Shown here: positions 1-8,784 of the stretch, one piece after another | How positions within the stretch are numbered: position 1 is the stretch's first letter | Layout of the letters: the number at the start of each line of letters is the position of its first letter | IMG/VR virus record: IMGVR_UViG_3300044580_000546 | Coordinates: 1-29,719 of that record | Reading direction: 5' to 3' (one strand) | DNA length: 29,719 nt | Source: a virus | Lineage: Duplodnaviria; Caudoviricetes | Program-made: the position numbers and the translations under genes | Notes under the pieces: generated by a model | Database searches by the model: none | What the model saw: only the letters and a program-made list of their open reading frames with translations | Told to the model about the DNA's origin: nothing

Positions 1-1734
1 CGCCCGCCAGACCGCCCCCGCCGGCAGCGGCAGCGGCAGCTCCGCGCCCGGCGCGACCTGCGCCCGCCGCAGGCAGTCCACGCACCCGTCCGCCGCCGGC
101 CCGCCCGGCTGCCGGAGCCGCAGCAGGACGCGCTCCCCGCCGCCGCGCCGCGCGAGGATCACGACCGCCGTCGCGGCCTCGGAGCGCTCCGCGCCGCCCC
201 CGGCCGGCAGCACGGCCCCCGTCGCGCAGATGTCCGCCGGGACGGGCGCGTCCCCGTCCGGGCTCCCGATCCGGTGGCGCGCCCAGCCGTAGACCTCGTG
301 CTCGGGCAGGTAGGTGAAGGAGACGAGCGAGCCGTCCTCCAGCACCATCCAGAGCACCCCGTCCGGCCAGGCCTGCCAGGCCATCTGCCTCACGCCCGCC
401 GCCCGCGTCAGGTGCCGCGCCAGCACCGAGCGGTCGACCGCGACGTGCGCGTCCTCGGCGAAGCTGTAGCGCATCTCCAGGAGCGTCCGGTCGTCCGCCG
501 CGGTGAAGAGCACCGCCGCACCGGTGTCCAGCGGCAGCGCCGCGCCCGCCCCGTGCGGGTTCACCTTCTCGATCCGGCAGGTCCGCGCCGAGAAGCCCTC
601 CCCGCCGGAGTGGACGGCGTACGCGCCGTCCGCCGTCAGCAGCAGCAGGCGGTTCCCGGACACCGTGTGCCGGATGTCGCTCGCCCGCATGGCCGGGACC
701 GTCACCCGGAACGGGTCCATGTCGTCCGCCGGGCGGTTCGCCGTCCACGTGTAGAGGTCGGCCAGGCGCGAGAACCAGAGCGTCCAGGGCGAGGCCGCGC
801 TGCCCGCCAGCACCTGCCTCTGCTGCCAGAAGTCCAGGATGCCGTACCCCCCGGCGTCGTCGCCCTCCCTGATGCTGGTCTGCTTCCCGATCGCCTCGCT
901 GGGCGCGATGTTGTCGTCCTCGAACATGACGAACGAGCCGCCGCCCGCCCTGTCCCCCTCCGTGACCTCGTGGGATCCGATCTCGCCGTACGCGCCGCCG
1001 CGTTTCTTGCAGAGGATCCACGTGTCGCCGACCGCCGCCGCCGGGATCGAAGCCCGGCCGATCGCGAACCGCACCGACGCGCCGGCCTCCCAGACCTTCG
1101 TGACGACGACGGCCTTCCCCTCGAAAAGTTTTTTGCGCTGGCCCGCCGCGTTCCGCGCCCAGACCCCGTAATACAGCAACTTGTTCTTGCTCTCCGTCTC
1201 CGGGTTGTAGCTGTCCCACGCCGCCAGCGTGGCCGTGAACGCCGACGCCGCCACGGAGTAGGCCGGCGGGCTGTCCACGGTCTCGGGCAGCACGGCCCAG
1301 GATCCGTCCTGCGCGTGGCGCACCATGCGCAGCGGCAGGCGCCCCGGGGCCGAGCAGAAGAGCGTGTCGCCGACCTGCCGCGCGCGCATGGCCGCCACGT
1401 CCACGTCATTCCAACCCGCGAAGGCGAACGCCCTGTCGAAGGCGAACAGCGGCGAGGCCTGGTAGACGCGGACGGATCCCGCCGTGATCAGCAGGACGAA
1501 CGAGAGCGACATGTCGTAGAAGAACGGGAAGAGCCTCACCGCCTGCCCCGCCCCGAACCCGGCGGGGACGTCCAGCGCCTCCGTGCCCGGCCGCTTCACG
1601 GCCGACCCCGTGCGGCGCGGGTACATGTTGGGCATCGCCGCCGCGGCCTGCCCGTAGGCCCGCAGGTCGGAGCGCATGTGCAGCTCCGGGGCCAGCTCCC
1701 CCGCCGCGAAACCCATGCAGACCTGACGCGTCAC
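1..1734 (-). CDS. Tail tubular protein B (T7 gp12-like), 3' end truncated by window
   Basis: Not in the ORF track because no stop falls in the window. Hand translation from GTG 1734 (overlapping the upstream TGA) gives MTRQVCMGFAAGELAPELHMRSDL...KRPGT, then FWQQRQVLAG...TLWFSR and LWMVLEDGSLVSFTYLPEHEVYGWARH, typical tube B motifs. Confidence 0.88.
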   Translation of the reverse strand, partial: MTRQVCMGFAAGELAPELHMRSDLRAYGQAAAAMPNMYPRRTGSAVKRPGTEALDVPAGFGAGQAVRLFPFFYDMSLSFVLLITAGSVRVYQASPLFAFDRAFAFAGWNDVDVAAMRARQVGDTLFCSAPGRLPLRMVRHAQDGSWAVLPETVDSPPAYSVAASAFTATLAAWDSYNPETESKNKLLYYGVWARNAAGQRKKLFEGKAVVVTKVWEAGASVRFAIGRASIPAAAVGDTWILCKKRGGAYGEIGSHEVTEGDRAGGGSFVMFEDDNIAPSEAIGKQTSIREGDDAGGYGILDFWQQRQVLAGSAASPWTLWFSRLADLYTWTANRPADDMDPFRVTVPAMRASDIRHTVSGNRLLLLTADGAYAVHSGGEGFSARTCRIEKVNPHGAGAALPLDTGAAVLFTAADDRTLLEMRYSFAEDAHVAVDRSVLARHLTRAAGVRQMAWQAWPDGVLWMVLEDGSLVSFTYLPEHEVYGWARHRIGSPDGDAPVPADICATGAVLPAGGGAERSEAATAVVILARRGGGERVLLRLRQPGGPAADGCVDCLRRAQVAPGAELPLPLPAGAVWRA

Positions 1735-2315
1735 GAGCCGTCCTCCCCGCCCGCGCCGCCGCGCCGGGCGGCCGCGTAGCGGTCAGGCGCGCCGGGCGGC
1801 CGCAGCGCCTGCGCGTGCCGCGCCCGCGCCTCCGAGAGCGCATGGCGCGCGGCGGCGCGGGCGTCCTCGGCGGTCCGGCGCTGCCCGGTGAGCGGCAGCG
1901 CGATCCGCGCCGCCAGCTCCGCCGAGACCGCCTCCGCCACGCCGGCCGGCCAGGATTCCGCGTCCTCGCCGTCCTCGACATGACGCAGGCAGACCGGCGA
2001 GACGCGCGCGGCCAGGCAGCCGCCGTCCGCCTCCAGCGCGGCCGGGCGCCCGGAGGCGTCCAGCGCCTCGTAGCGCAGCCAGCAGTCCGGCGGAAAGGCG
2101 TGGAGGAACCGGCCCGCCCCGTCCGGCGTCCCGCGCAGCGGCCCCAGCGTCTTCGCCAGCCCGGGCCAGAACGCCGCCCCCAGCACGGCCCGCCGCGCCA
2201 CCGGCCACCACAGCTCGCACAGCCGCGCCTCTTTGCACGCATCCGCCGCCGACGCGAGCGTCCGCTCGTGCCCCAGCCCCGAGAGCGCCGTGTTGAAGAT
2301 GCCCAGCTTGTCCAT
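1731..2315 (-). CDS. Tail tubular protein A / adaptor (gp11-like)
   Basis: Start at ATG 2315 after GGAGGGG. MDKLGIFNTALSGLGH...CELWWPVARRAVL...AFPPDC...ELAARIALPLTG pattern; directly upstream of tube B. Confidence 0.82.
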   Translation of the reverse strand: MDKLGIFNTALSGLGHERTLASAADACKEARLCELWWPVARRAVLGAAFWPGLAKTLGPLRGTPDGAGRFLHAFPPDCWLRYEALDASGRPAALEADGGCLAARVSPVCLRHVEDGEDAESWPAGVAEAVSAELAARIALPLTGQRRTAEDARAAARHALSEARARHAQALRPPGAPDRYAAARRGGAGGEDGS

Positions 2316-2323
2316 GTCCCCTC

Positions 2324-2905
2324 CTATTGCGCCCTCTCGGTGTAGCCGCTCTCGGTCACGACCACGGGCAGCCCGACGGAATTTCCGGTGAACCCTCGCA
2401 ACTTGAGCGCGGCCCACATGTCGGCGAGGTTCGACTTGTCGGCGGTGTCGATGATCTCGACATCGGGGTGGGCGGCTTTGTAATTGCGACACCTGAGGCA
2501 GGCGGACGTGCCGTAGACGCCTTCCCCGCCCGGGCCCGGTTCTCCGTCGTAGCCGTCAGCGACATAAACGGTCTCCGCGGCAGGCTGTGTTCGTGGAACG
2601 GCCACGGAAGAATCATCGGTTGCCGCTCCGCCGGCGGGAACCCCCTTCGCGCGGGCCACGACCTCGCCCACGGCGATCAGCCCGTCGATCAGCTTGCCGC
2701 TGGACTGGCTGCCGGTGGACTGGTCGAGGATGATTTCGTAGTAGTCGTTGGTGTCCGCCGTGCTCCAGCGCGTGACGTTCAGGCCGGAGAGCGCCTGCGT
2801 CGAATCCAACCCCCACGAGATCGCCGAGAGCTTCGGCGTATAGACGGCGGTGCAGCCGCAGACAAACATCGCCGCCGCCAATGGAATCACCATCGCTTTC
2901 TTCAT
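2324..2905 (-). CDS. Lipoprotein with C-terminal glutaredoxin/NrdH-like CxxC domain
   Basis: ATG 2905 after AAGGAGG. MKKAMVIPLAAAMFVCGC signal/lipobox; VYGTSACLRC and GLPVVV redoxin-like motifs. Confidence 0.65.
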   Translation of the reverse strand: MKKAMVIPLAAAMFVCGCTAVYTPKLSAISWGLDSTQALSGLNVTRWSTADTNDYYEIILDQSTGSQSSGKLIDGLIAVGEVVARAKGVPAGGAATDDSSVAVPRTQPAAETVYVADGYDGEPGPGGEGVYGTSACLRCRNYKAAHPDVEIIDTADKSNLADMWAALKLRGFTGNSVGLPVVVTESGYTERAQ

Positions 2906-2906
2906 T

Positions 2907-3251
2907 TCACGCCTCCTTTTCCAGACGCTGCAGGATTTCATTCTCAAAGGCGGAGAGGACGCTCTGCGAGGGGGCCTTCTCCTCGAACAGGGTGAAATCA
3001 TCCGCCGCTTGCGTGAGCGTCTGCACGGCGAGCCGGGCGATCTCGGCGCGGGTCAGACCGCCTGCGCCGGCCTTGGCCCTCGCCTCGCCGATCGCTTTCC
3101 GGAGCGGCTCCTGGAGGTACGTCCAGAACTCGTTCACGATGTCGTTCCGCGACACCCGGCTTTTCAGCCAGCGCACGAAGAACACCAGCAGCACGGCCAC
3201 CAGTGACACCAGCAGTTGCTGCATTTCTTGATTTTTCAACAGTTCGTTCAT
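2907..3251 (-). CDS. Holin-like membrane protein (single N-terminal TM, LL-H-like layout)
   Basis: 114 aa; TM LLVSLVAVLLVFFVRWL followed by a charged helical domain; next to an XhlA-like gene. Confidence 0.55.
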   Translation of the reverse strand: MNELLKNQEMQQLLVSLVAVLLVFFVRWLKSRVSRNDIVNEFWTYLQEPLRKAIGEARAKAGAGGLTRAEIARLAVQTLTQAADDFTLFEEKAPSQSVLSAFENEILQRLEKEA

Positions 3252-3278
3252 GACTCGTTCCTTTCTGTTTTCCGCAAA

Positions 3279-3494
3279 TCATTTGAGCCAGACCGCGACG
3301 GCCACCGAAGCGGCCGCCGAGACTGCCGTTGCGATCCCGACCACCTTCCACTGCCACCGCTCGAGCGACCGCAGCCTGTCCTCGTGGTCGTCCTGCGCCT
3401 CCTTCGCGTTTTTCATCATCGCCTTGATCGCCGCCACGTCCTCGCCGATCGTCCGCAGGCGCTGGAAGATCTCCGCGTTATCCTTGTCGCTCAT
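3279..3494 (-). CDS. XhlA-like small coiled-coil + C-terminal TM protein
   Basis: 71 aa; DHEDRLRSLERWQWKVVGIATAVSAAASVAVAVWLK, a layout common in phage lysis cassettes. Confidence 0.65.
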   Translation of the reverse strand: MSDKDNAEIFQRLRTIGEDVAAIKAMMKNAKEAQDDHEDRLRSLERWQWKVVGIATAVSAAASVAVAVWLK

Positions 3495-3523
3495 TTTTAA
3501 ATCCCCTTATGGCGCCATCACCC

Positions 3524-5875
3524 TCACGGCGCGATCTCTTCCGGCGTCGCGGCCGACCAGCGCATGACCGGGTACTGGCGGACGTCGGAGGCCGCCGCGG
3601 ACGTGCCGAGCGACCGGACCCAGAGCTTGACCAGGGGGTCGTACTCCGGGCTGCCGAAATGTCCGGCGGCGGCGGCCGGGCTGAAAGTGAACGTGACGCG
3701 GCGCCTGTCGTCCCATGCCGAGGCGTTGACCGTGCCGGAACCCAGCACGAACGACGAGACGGGATTGTAGAAGTTGTTCAGGCCCGCGGCTGCGAGATAG
3801 AAGACATACTCAAAGGGGGTGTTGGCCGATAAGACGGCCGACCCGGTGATATGCCCCGGCCCGGCGAAGACGCCCGCGGAATACACCCAGCCGCACGACG
3901 TGCCCGCGGCGTTCGTGGTCGCGGACTGGGCGTAGTAGCCGTTGACGTTGATCGTGCCGTACAGCGGCGTCGTCAAATGCCACACGCGGTTCGTCGTGAG
4001 CCCGGCGACCGCGGCGCCCACCGCCGCGACGGCCTCGCGGATGTCCGGGTGGGCGGCGGGGTCGGCGTCGTGGGCGGTGACGGCCGCCGGCAGGACGGTC
4101 CGCGCGAATTCGTTGGTCGAGCGTGCCACCTCGTCGGCGAAGGCGTAGCCCAGATCGGTGTTGTCTTGCTGGGTCATCATGTACAGGCCGCCCATGGCCT
4201 GGTTCACCTCGTTGCGCAGGCTGTCGATGGCGGCGGCCGTCTCCCCGCTCGTGGCGAGGGTTCCGCCGGCCTCCGGGAAAAGGAGGTCTCCTGCCGCGCT
4301 GCGCAGGACGCCGCCGGCGGTGTATTCCGTGGGGCCGTGCGGGGTGGGGATTGAGAGCGACCATCCCGCCGCCGTCTGCTGCGGCTGGTCGCGCCGGAGG
4401 TAGGGGGTCTGGTCGGGCGGCGGCGGGATGGCGGCTATGGCGGCGTCGACATGGTTCGAGAGCGCGGCGTCGCCGCTGAGCCGCGCCTGGACCTCGCCCT
4501 GCAGTGCGGTCGCAAAGGCATTGCTCTGGGCCTGCAGGTCGGGCCGCCATGCGTCGTCGAACGGGATCAGGACGGTGGCGGAGGTGTAATTGGTGGTGAC
4601 GGTGAGACTTCCCAGAAAGGCATAAGACGTGTTCCCCTCTTTGCGCATCATGATGACACGGCTTCCCGTCCCCGCGGAACGGGTGAGCGTCCCAGTGGAT
4701 GGTTGGGCGACCTCCGTCCATGTCGCGCCGCCGTCCAGCGAGACCCACGCCGCATCCGTCTCCTGAGCCAAAACCGCTGTGCCGCCGCGCAGTTCCGTGA
4801 TAGTGTAAGCATTTGTCGAGGAGGGGAGCGTCCATGGATTCCACATCGCCCCGCCGTCATTGGAGGCCAACAGTTCGCCGGATTCTTCCTGCGCGATGAA
4901 CAGCCCCGCTATGTTGCGTATCTGCCTGATAGGGGACGCGAATGTGTGAAGCTGCTCACTGGTCTGCGGGAAAAAACCCGTCCTGATGAACAACCGGGTG
5001 TCAGGGACGTAGCGGAAGAAAGAAAAACCATCGAAAAAGCAGTGGTCGGTTCGTAGTGTGTCGTTAAAATTGCCGTACCCCGAACTCCAGTCCTTTAAGT
5101 TGTCCGAATAATAGAGTATGCCGCCTGTTGAATTTAAGCCTCTCGTGGCCAATGCGAATCCGTTTGCCATAGACGCGGCAGTGACGGGCTTGTTAAATAA
5201 ATTTTGTGGTTGGTGCCATGTCACCCCCTCGTCTTCGCTGAATGTGATTTGACTGAATATGACGGCCCAGACGGAGTTAGACCAGCCGTTTGAAGTGTTC
5301 GGCATGTACACAAGCGACTCCGTGTTGACAGGGAGATCGCCCCTCCGTGTCCAATCCACGGCGTTGGACGACCAATACAATCCTGGCTGCGCAGCGCCGG
5401 CACCTGCAACACCGTAAAAAAAACCACCATCCGCCGCTGCCAGGACGTGCCCTGAATTCGGCGCCCACGTTTGATCCGCGCCGAGCGTGACCTGTTCCCA
5501 TGCCATTGTCGGCATCGGCGTCGGCGTCAGCGTCGTGACCGCCAGGTTCGTCTGCGTGAGGTGCGCCCAGCGCAGCGGCGTGTCGGGCTGGTAGAGCCGC
5601 ACGGTCGCGTTGGTCTGCTGCACGAGCGTGTCCCACTGCGCCCAGCCGTTCGTCCGCGCGTCGATGCCGGCGGTGATCCGGGCGTCGAGGTCGGCCAGCG
5701 CCGCGAGGGCGGTCGCGTTCGTGGCGGTGATCGCGTCGAGCATCTGCTGGGTGATGACCAGCACGTCGGCGTTGGTCACGACGTGCGCCGACGCGGGCAG
5801 GCTCCCGAGGCGCGCGGTCTGCGCGGCCGCGCCGCACGCGGCGAGCAGGACGGCGGCGATGGTTGTTCTCTTCAT
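3524..5875 (-). CDS. Fibre/receptor-binding-like protein with signal peptide and Asp-box (BNR) domain
   Basis: 783 aa; RBS AAAGGA; N-terminal MKRTTIAAVLLAAC; five SxDxGxxW-like repeats; fibre-type motifs EVQARLSGDAAL and AHDADPAAHPDIR. Confidence 0.7.
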   Translation of the reverse strand: MKRTTIAAVLLAACGAAAQTARLGSLPASAHVVTNADVLVITQQMLDAITATNATALAALADLDARITAGIDARTNGWAQWDTLVQQTNATVRLYQPDTPLRWAHLTQTNLAVTTLTPTPMPTMAWEQVTLGADQTWAPNSGHVLAAADGGFFYGVAGAGAAQPGLYWSSNAVDWTRRGDLPVNTESLVYMPNTSNGWSNSVWAVIFSQITFSEDEGVTWHQPQNLFNKPVTAASMANGFALATRGLNSTGGILYYSDNLKDWSSGYGNFNDTLRTDHCFFDGFSFFRYVPDTRLFIRTGFFPQTSEQLHTFASPIRQIRNIAGLFIAQEESGELLASNDGGAMWNPWTLPSSTNAYTITELRGGTAVLAQETDAAWVSLDGGATWTEVAQPSTGTLTRSAGTGSRVIMMRKEGNTSYAFLGSLTVTTNYTSATVLIPFDDAWRPDLQAQSNAFATALQGEVQARLSGDAALSNHVDAAIAAIPPPPDQTPYLRRDQPQQTAAGWSLSIPTPHGPTEYTAGGVLRSAAGDLLFPEAGGTLATSGETAAAIDSLRNEVNQAMGGLYMMTQQDNTDLGYAFADEVARSTNEFARTVLPAAVTAHDADPAAHPDIREAVAAVGAAVAGLTTNRVWHLTTPLYGTINVNGYYAQSATTNAAGTSCGWVYSAGVFAGPGHITGSAVLSANTPFEYVFYLAAAGLNNFYNPVSSFVLGSGTVNASAWDDRRRVTFTFSPAAAAGHFGSPEYDPLVKLWVRSLGTSAAASDVRQYPVMRWSAATPEEIAP

Positions 5876-5878
5876 TTT

Positions 5879-6856
5879 CTATCCTTTCAGGATCTGGATG
5901 ACTTGGTTCAGTTTCAGGCTCAACGCGTCCAGCGTGGCCGCGTCGATGTTGACGGCGGCCACCTGCCGGAACGCCTCCCGCAGCGAGCCGAGGGCGGCGT
6001 CCGCCGGGATCAGCGACGGGTCGAGCGTGCCGTCCGCGCGGGTCGCGATCACGCGCCCGCCGTTGCCCGCGCCGCCCGCGACGGCCGCGGAGACGATGGC
6101 GATCCGCGCGGCCGCCGGGTCCCAGACGGCGTAGCCCAGCAGCGCGCTCCCCGGCTGGACGGCGAGCCGCCCGCCGGCGAGGACGAGGGTGTCGGCGTCC
6201 TGCGCCACGCCCACGTGCAGCGCGATCCCCGCCGCCGGCGGCGTCTGCGCGAGCGCCTGCCCCGAGTGCGGCAGCCAGTAGGCCGCCCCCGGCGTCAGGC
6301 CCCAGCCCGCGACGCGCGCCGCGCCCCAGCGGGCGACGCGCACCGGGTCGCCGGCGGCGGCGGCGTTGAGCGCGATGCCGATGAACCGGTTGTGGTCGGC
6401 CGCCGCGCACGGGTGGACCATCCCGCCGGACAGCCTGAGCGGGCATCCCGCTTCCACCGCGACCGCGGCGGGCGCGGTCAGCGGGCCGCCGGATGGCGGG
6501 TGGCCGTCCGCCCCCTCGCCCTCGCCGCAGGAATTGATGATCTTGAGGCACCCGGCCCCGAGCAGGTTTCCGTCCGCGTCCTTGACCTCGAACGTGAAGT
6601 CGCGGCAGACGCCGACGGGCAGGAGGGAGAAGTAGGCGACGGTGCCGGCCGCGCGCGTGTCGGTCTCGCACGAGCCGCCCGCGACCGGCCACTCGTCGAC
6701 GCGCGCCCCGTCGTCCTGCCGGTGCAGGCACACCGTGCCCGCCTCCAGCGGCGTCCCGTCCGCCGCCGCGACGCCGACGGTCTCGACGCTCAACAGCCCG
6801 AGCGTCGCGTCCATCTTCGCGCTTTTCCTCGCCACGTTGTAGGTGATCGTCGCCAT
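5879..6856 (-). CDS. Putative virion structural protein (DUF2190-like head fibre/decoration domain)
   Basis: 325 aa; FIGIALNAAAAGDPVRV...WGLTPGAAYWL...VGVAQDADTL and VIATRADGTLDPSLIP resemble phage decoration/fibre segments; in the structural operon. Confidence 0.55.
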   Translation of the reverse strand: MATITYNVARKSAKMDATLGLLSVETVGVAAADGTPLEAGTVCLHRQDDGARVDEWPVAGGSCETDTRAAGTVAYFSLLPVGVCRDFTFEVKDADGNLLGAGCLKIINSCGEGEGADGHPPSGGPLTAPAAVAVEAGCPLRLSGGMVHPCAAADHNRFIGIALNAAAAGDPVRVARWGAARVAGWGLTPGAAYWLPHSGQALAQTPPAAGIALHVGVAQDADTLVLAGGRLAVQPGSALLGYAVWDPAAARIAIVSAAVAGGAGNGGRVIATRADGTLDPSLIPADAALGSLREAFRQVAAVNIDAATLDALSLKLNQVIQILKG

Positions 6857-6873
6857 GTCCGCCCCCTTTTTTA

Positions 6874-7245
6874 TTATTTCCCGCCCGTGCCGCCGCCTTG
6901 CGGGTTCAGCCCCGCCGTGCCGCCGAACGCCCGGTCGAAGAGATCGGCCAACGCGTCGCCGGACGCGGCGTCCGCGCCCGCGAAGCCGGCGGTGGAAAGC
7001 TTCGCCCGCGCCTGCTCCTCCGTCAGGCCGTTGCGCAGCTTATTCGGCTTACTCGGCTCGTTCGGCTTATTCGGCGGCCCGCCGCCCGCCGCCTTGTCCG
7101 CGCGGTCGAAATGCGCGGCGAGCGTGGCGCGCTGGTCTTTGGTCAGCGCGCCCTCGTCCGCCACCTCCACCGTGCCGCCAGGAGGGACCGCCTCGCCCCG
7201 GAAATGGGTGCGCACGTGCCCCGGCTTGAGTGTGTAGACAGGCAT
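6874..7245 (-). CDS. Hypothetical protein (head module)
   Basis: 123 aa, AAGGAGG RBS, follows the cement gene; contains a PNK-PNE-PSK-PNK 9-bp tandem repeat. Confidence 0.7.
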   Translation of the reverse strand: MPVYTLKPGHVRTHFRGEAVPPGGTVEVADEGALTKDQRATLAAHFDRADKAAGGGPPNKPNEPSKPNKLRNGLTEEQARAKLSTAGFAGADAASGDALADLFDRAFGGTAGLNPQGGGTGGK

Positions 7246-7254
7246 GGGACCTCC

Positions 7255-7644
7255 TTACAGCCGGACTTCGTTGGACGGGGTGATCCCGGCCAGGATCTTC
7301 CCCGCGCCCGTGAACGCCCCGGTCACGGTGTAATCCAGCCGCACGTAGCGCTTGAGCCCGGCCGGGAGCGGCTGCGGCGGCACGATCCAGGAATCGGCCT
7401 GGATCTGCACCAGCGTCCGCGCCGGGTACGTCGCGAGGGTCTCCCACGCCGCGTTGTCCGCGCTGGTCTGGAAAGCCGCCTGGATGCTGGTGCCGCCGGC
7501 GACCGCGCCGCCGTCGATCTTGGCCAGCACGTTGAGCCTGCGGGACAGGTCGTCGCCGTTGTCCAGCAGGTCCAGCACATGCTCGCTCGCCGCCGTCGCG
7601 ACGGCCTGAGACTCACTGAAAAGCAGGAGTTTGTCAAACTGCAT
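7255..7644 (-). CDS. Bbp16-like capsid cement protein
   Basis: MQFDKLLLFSESQAVATAASEHVLDL...LKRYVRLDYTVTG...GKILAGI; directly after the major capsid gene. Confidence 0.85.
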   Translation of the reverse strand: MQFDKLLLFSESQAVATAASEHVLDLLDNGDDLSRRLNVLAKIDGGAVAGGTSIQAAFQTSADNAAWETLATYPARTLVQIQADSWIVPPQPLPAGLKRYVRLDYTVTGAFTGAGKILAGITPSNEVRL

Positions 7645-7670
7645 GATGTTTCTCCTTAGACTGTTCTCTT

Positions 7671-7706
7671 TTAAAAACCGTCCGCCCCGGCTTCGCGCCG
7701 CGGCGG
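7671..7706 (-). terminator. Probable intrinsic terminator after major capsid gene
   Basis: Minus-strand hairpin CCGCCgCGGC-GCGAA-GCCGgGGCGG followed by ACGGTTTTT. Confidence 0.5.
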
Positions 7707-7708
7707 CC

Positions 7709-8731
7709 TTACACCGCGGCGGCCACCGCCTCCTCGTTGACCTCCAGGCAGTCCAGCTTGCGCACGGGGATCCCCGAGAAGATCAAGACCTCCTCGCCGC
7801 CGATGTCCTTCCACTCGAACGACGTGGACAGCTTCTGCCGGCGGGCCTTCACCGCCAGCCACTCGTAGACGCTCTCGGGCATGTAGAAGACCAGCCGCAC
7901 GCCCTTGTTGCGGCAGCGGATCTTGAGCTTGAGCATGTCCTCGCCGATGTCCTTGTCCAACGTCACGAGGTTGTTGCTCTCGACGTTGCAGATCCGCCCG
8001 CAGCACCGGAAATCCTTGACCGTGAGGCCGACCTTCCAGGTGAAGAACTGCTCGTACACCTCGCGCCGCGCGCCGTCCGCGTCCGAGAGCGTGTTCTCCT
8101 TCACCGGCCCGCGCTGGAGCCCGCCCTTCGACCCGCGCGGGTAGTGCAGGTACGCGCCCGTGCGGCCCCAGCCGACCAGGTAGATCGACCGCAGGTGCGA
8201 GTTGTCCGGCGTGCCCGAGCGCGCGGAAGACTGGATGCAGTAGTGCGACGAGAGCTTGGTGTCCGCGCCGCCGTGGGCGTTGTAGATCAGCGCCAGTCCG
8301 TTGAACTTCTTCGCGTTGACCTTGACGTTGCCGTAGAAGACCGCGTCCGTGACCTCGTTGCCCATCGTCTCCGCGTGGTCGAACGCCTCGTCCAGCATCT
8401 CGTCCGCCTTGTTCGGCGAGTCGTCCATCAGGTCCTTGTCCACCTGGATCAGGCTCTTGCAGGTGCCGCTCGCGTTCACCACCTGCTTCTTGCTGCCCTT
8501 GCTCGGCTGGACGCCCTCGTAGTACGCCGTCCACGCCGCCGCGGACAGGCCCGTGCGGATCGTCGTCTTGTCGCCCTCCGTGCCGTTGGCCTCCTTGACC
8601 ACGGCGTCGCTGAGCAGGTCGGCGTTCGCCTCCAACACCAGCTCCACGATCTCCTTGTCGAAACTCCCGTCCGCCTTGAGGCCCGCGTGCAGATCCCGCA
8701 GCGTCGGGTTCCTCGTTCCTTTGACCGCCAT
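7709..8731 (-). CDS. Major capsid protein (BPP-1/epsilon15 type)
   Basis: 340 aa; NPTLRDL...TTIRTGL...YEGVQPSK...VDKDL...FNGLA...SIYLVGWG...GIPVRKLDCLEVNEEAV; AAGGAGG RBS. Confidence 0.92.
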   Translation of the reverse strand: MAVKGTRNPTLRDLHAGLKADGSFDKEIVELVLEANADLLSDAVVKEANGTEGDKTTIRTGLSAAAWTAYYEGVQPSKGSKKQVVNASGTCKSLIQVDKDLMDDSPNKADEMLDEAFDHAETMGNEVTDAVFYGNVKVNAKKFNGLALIYNAHGGADTKLSSHYCIQSSARSGTPDNSHLRSIYLVGWGRTGAYLHYPRGSKGGLQRGPVKENTLSDADGARREVYEQFFTWKVGLTVKDFRCCGRICNVESNNLVTLDKDIGEDMLKLKIRCRNKGVRLVFYMPESVYEWLAVKARRQKLSTSFEWKDIGGEEVLIFSGIPVRKLDCLEVNEEAVAAAV

Positions 8732-8784
8732 AACCTAACCTCCTTTTTCCCCTTCCGCCCCGTCGGCGACACGCCGCCGGGAAA

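Noticed and set aside
3524-4000. Diversity-generating retroelement target, given the BPP-1-like architecture
   Set aside because: No reverse transcriptase, Avd or template/variable repeat pair seen in the window; cannot be excluded outside it.
7040-7076. 9-bp tandem repeat TTATTCGGC-like
   Set aside because: Encodes a PNKPNEPSKPNK linker; no spacers, not CRISPR.
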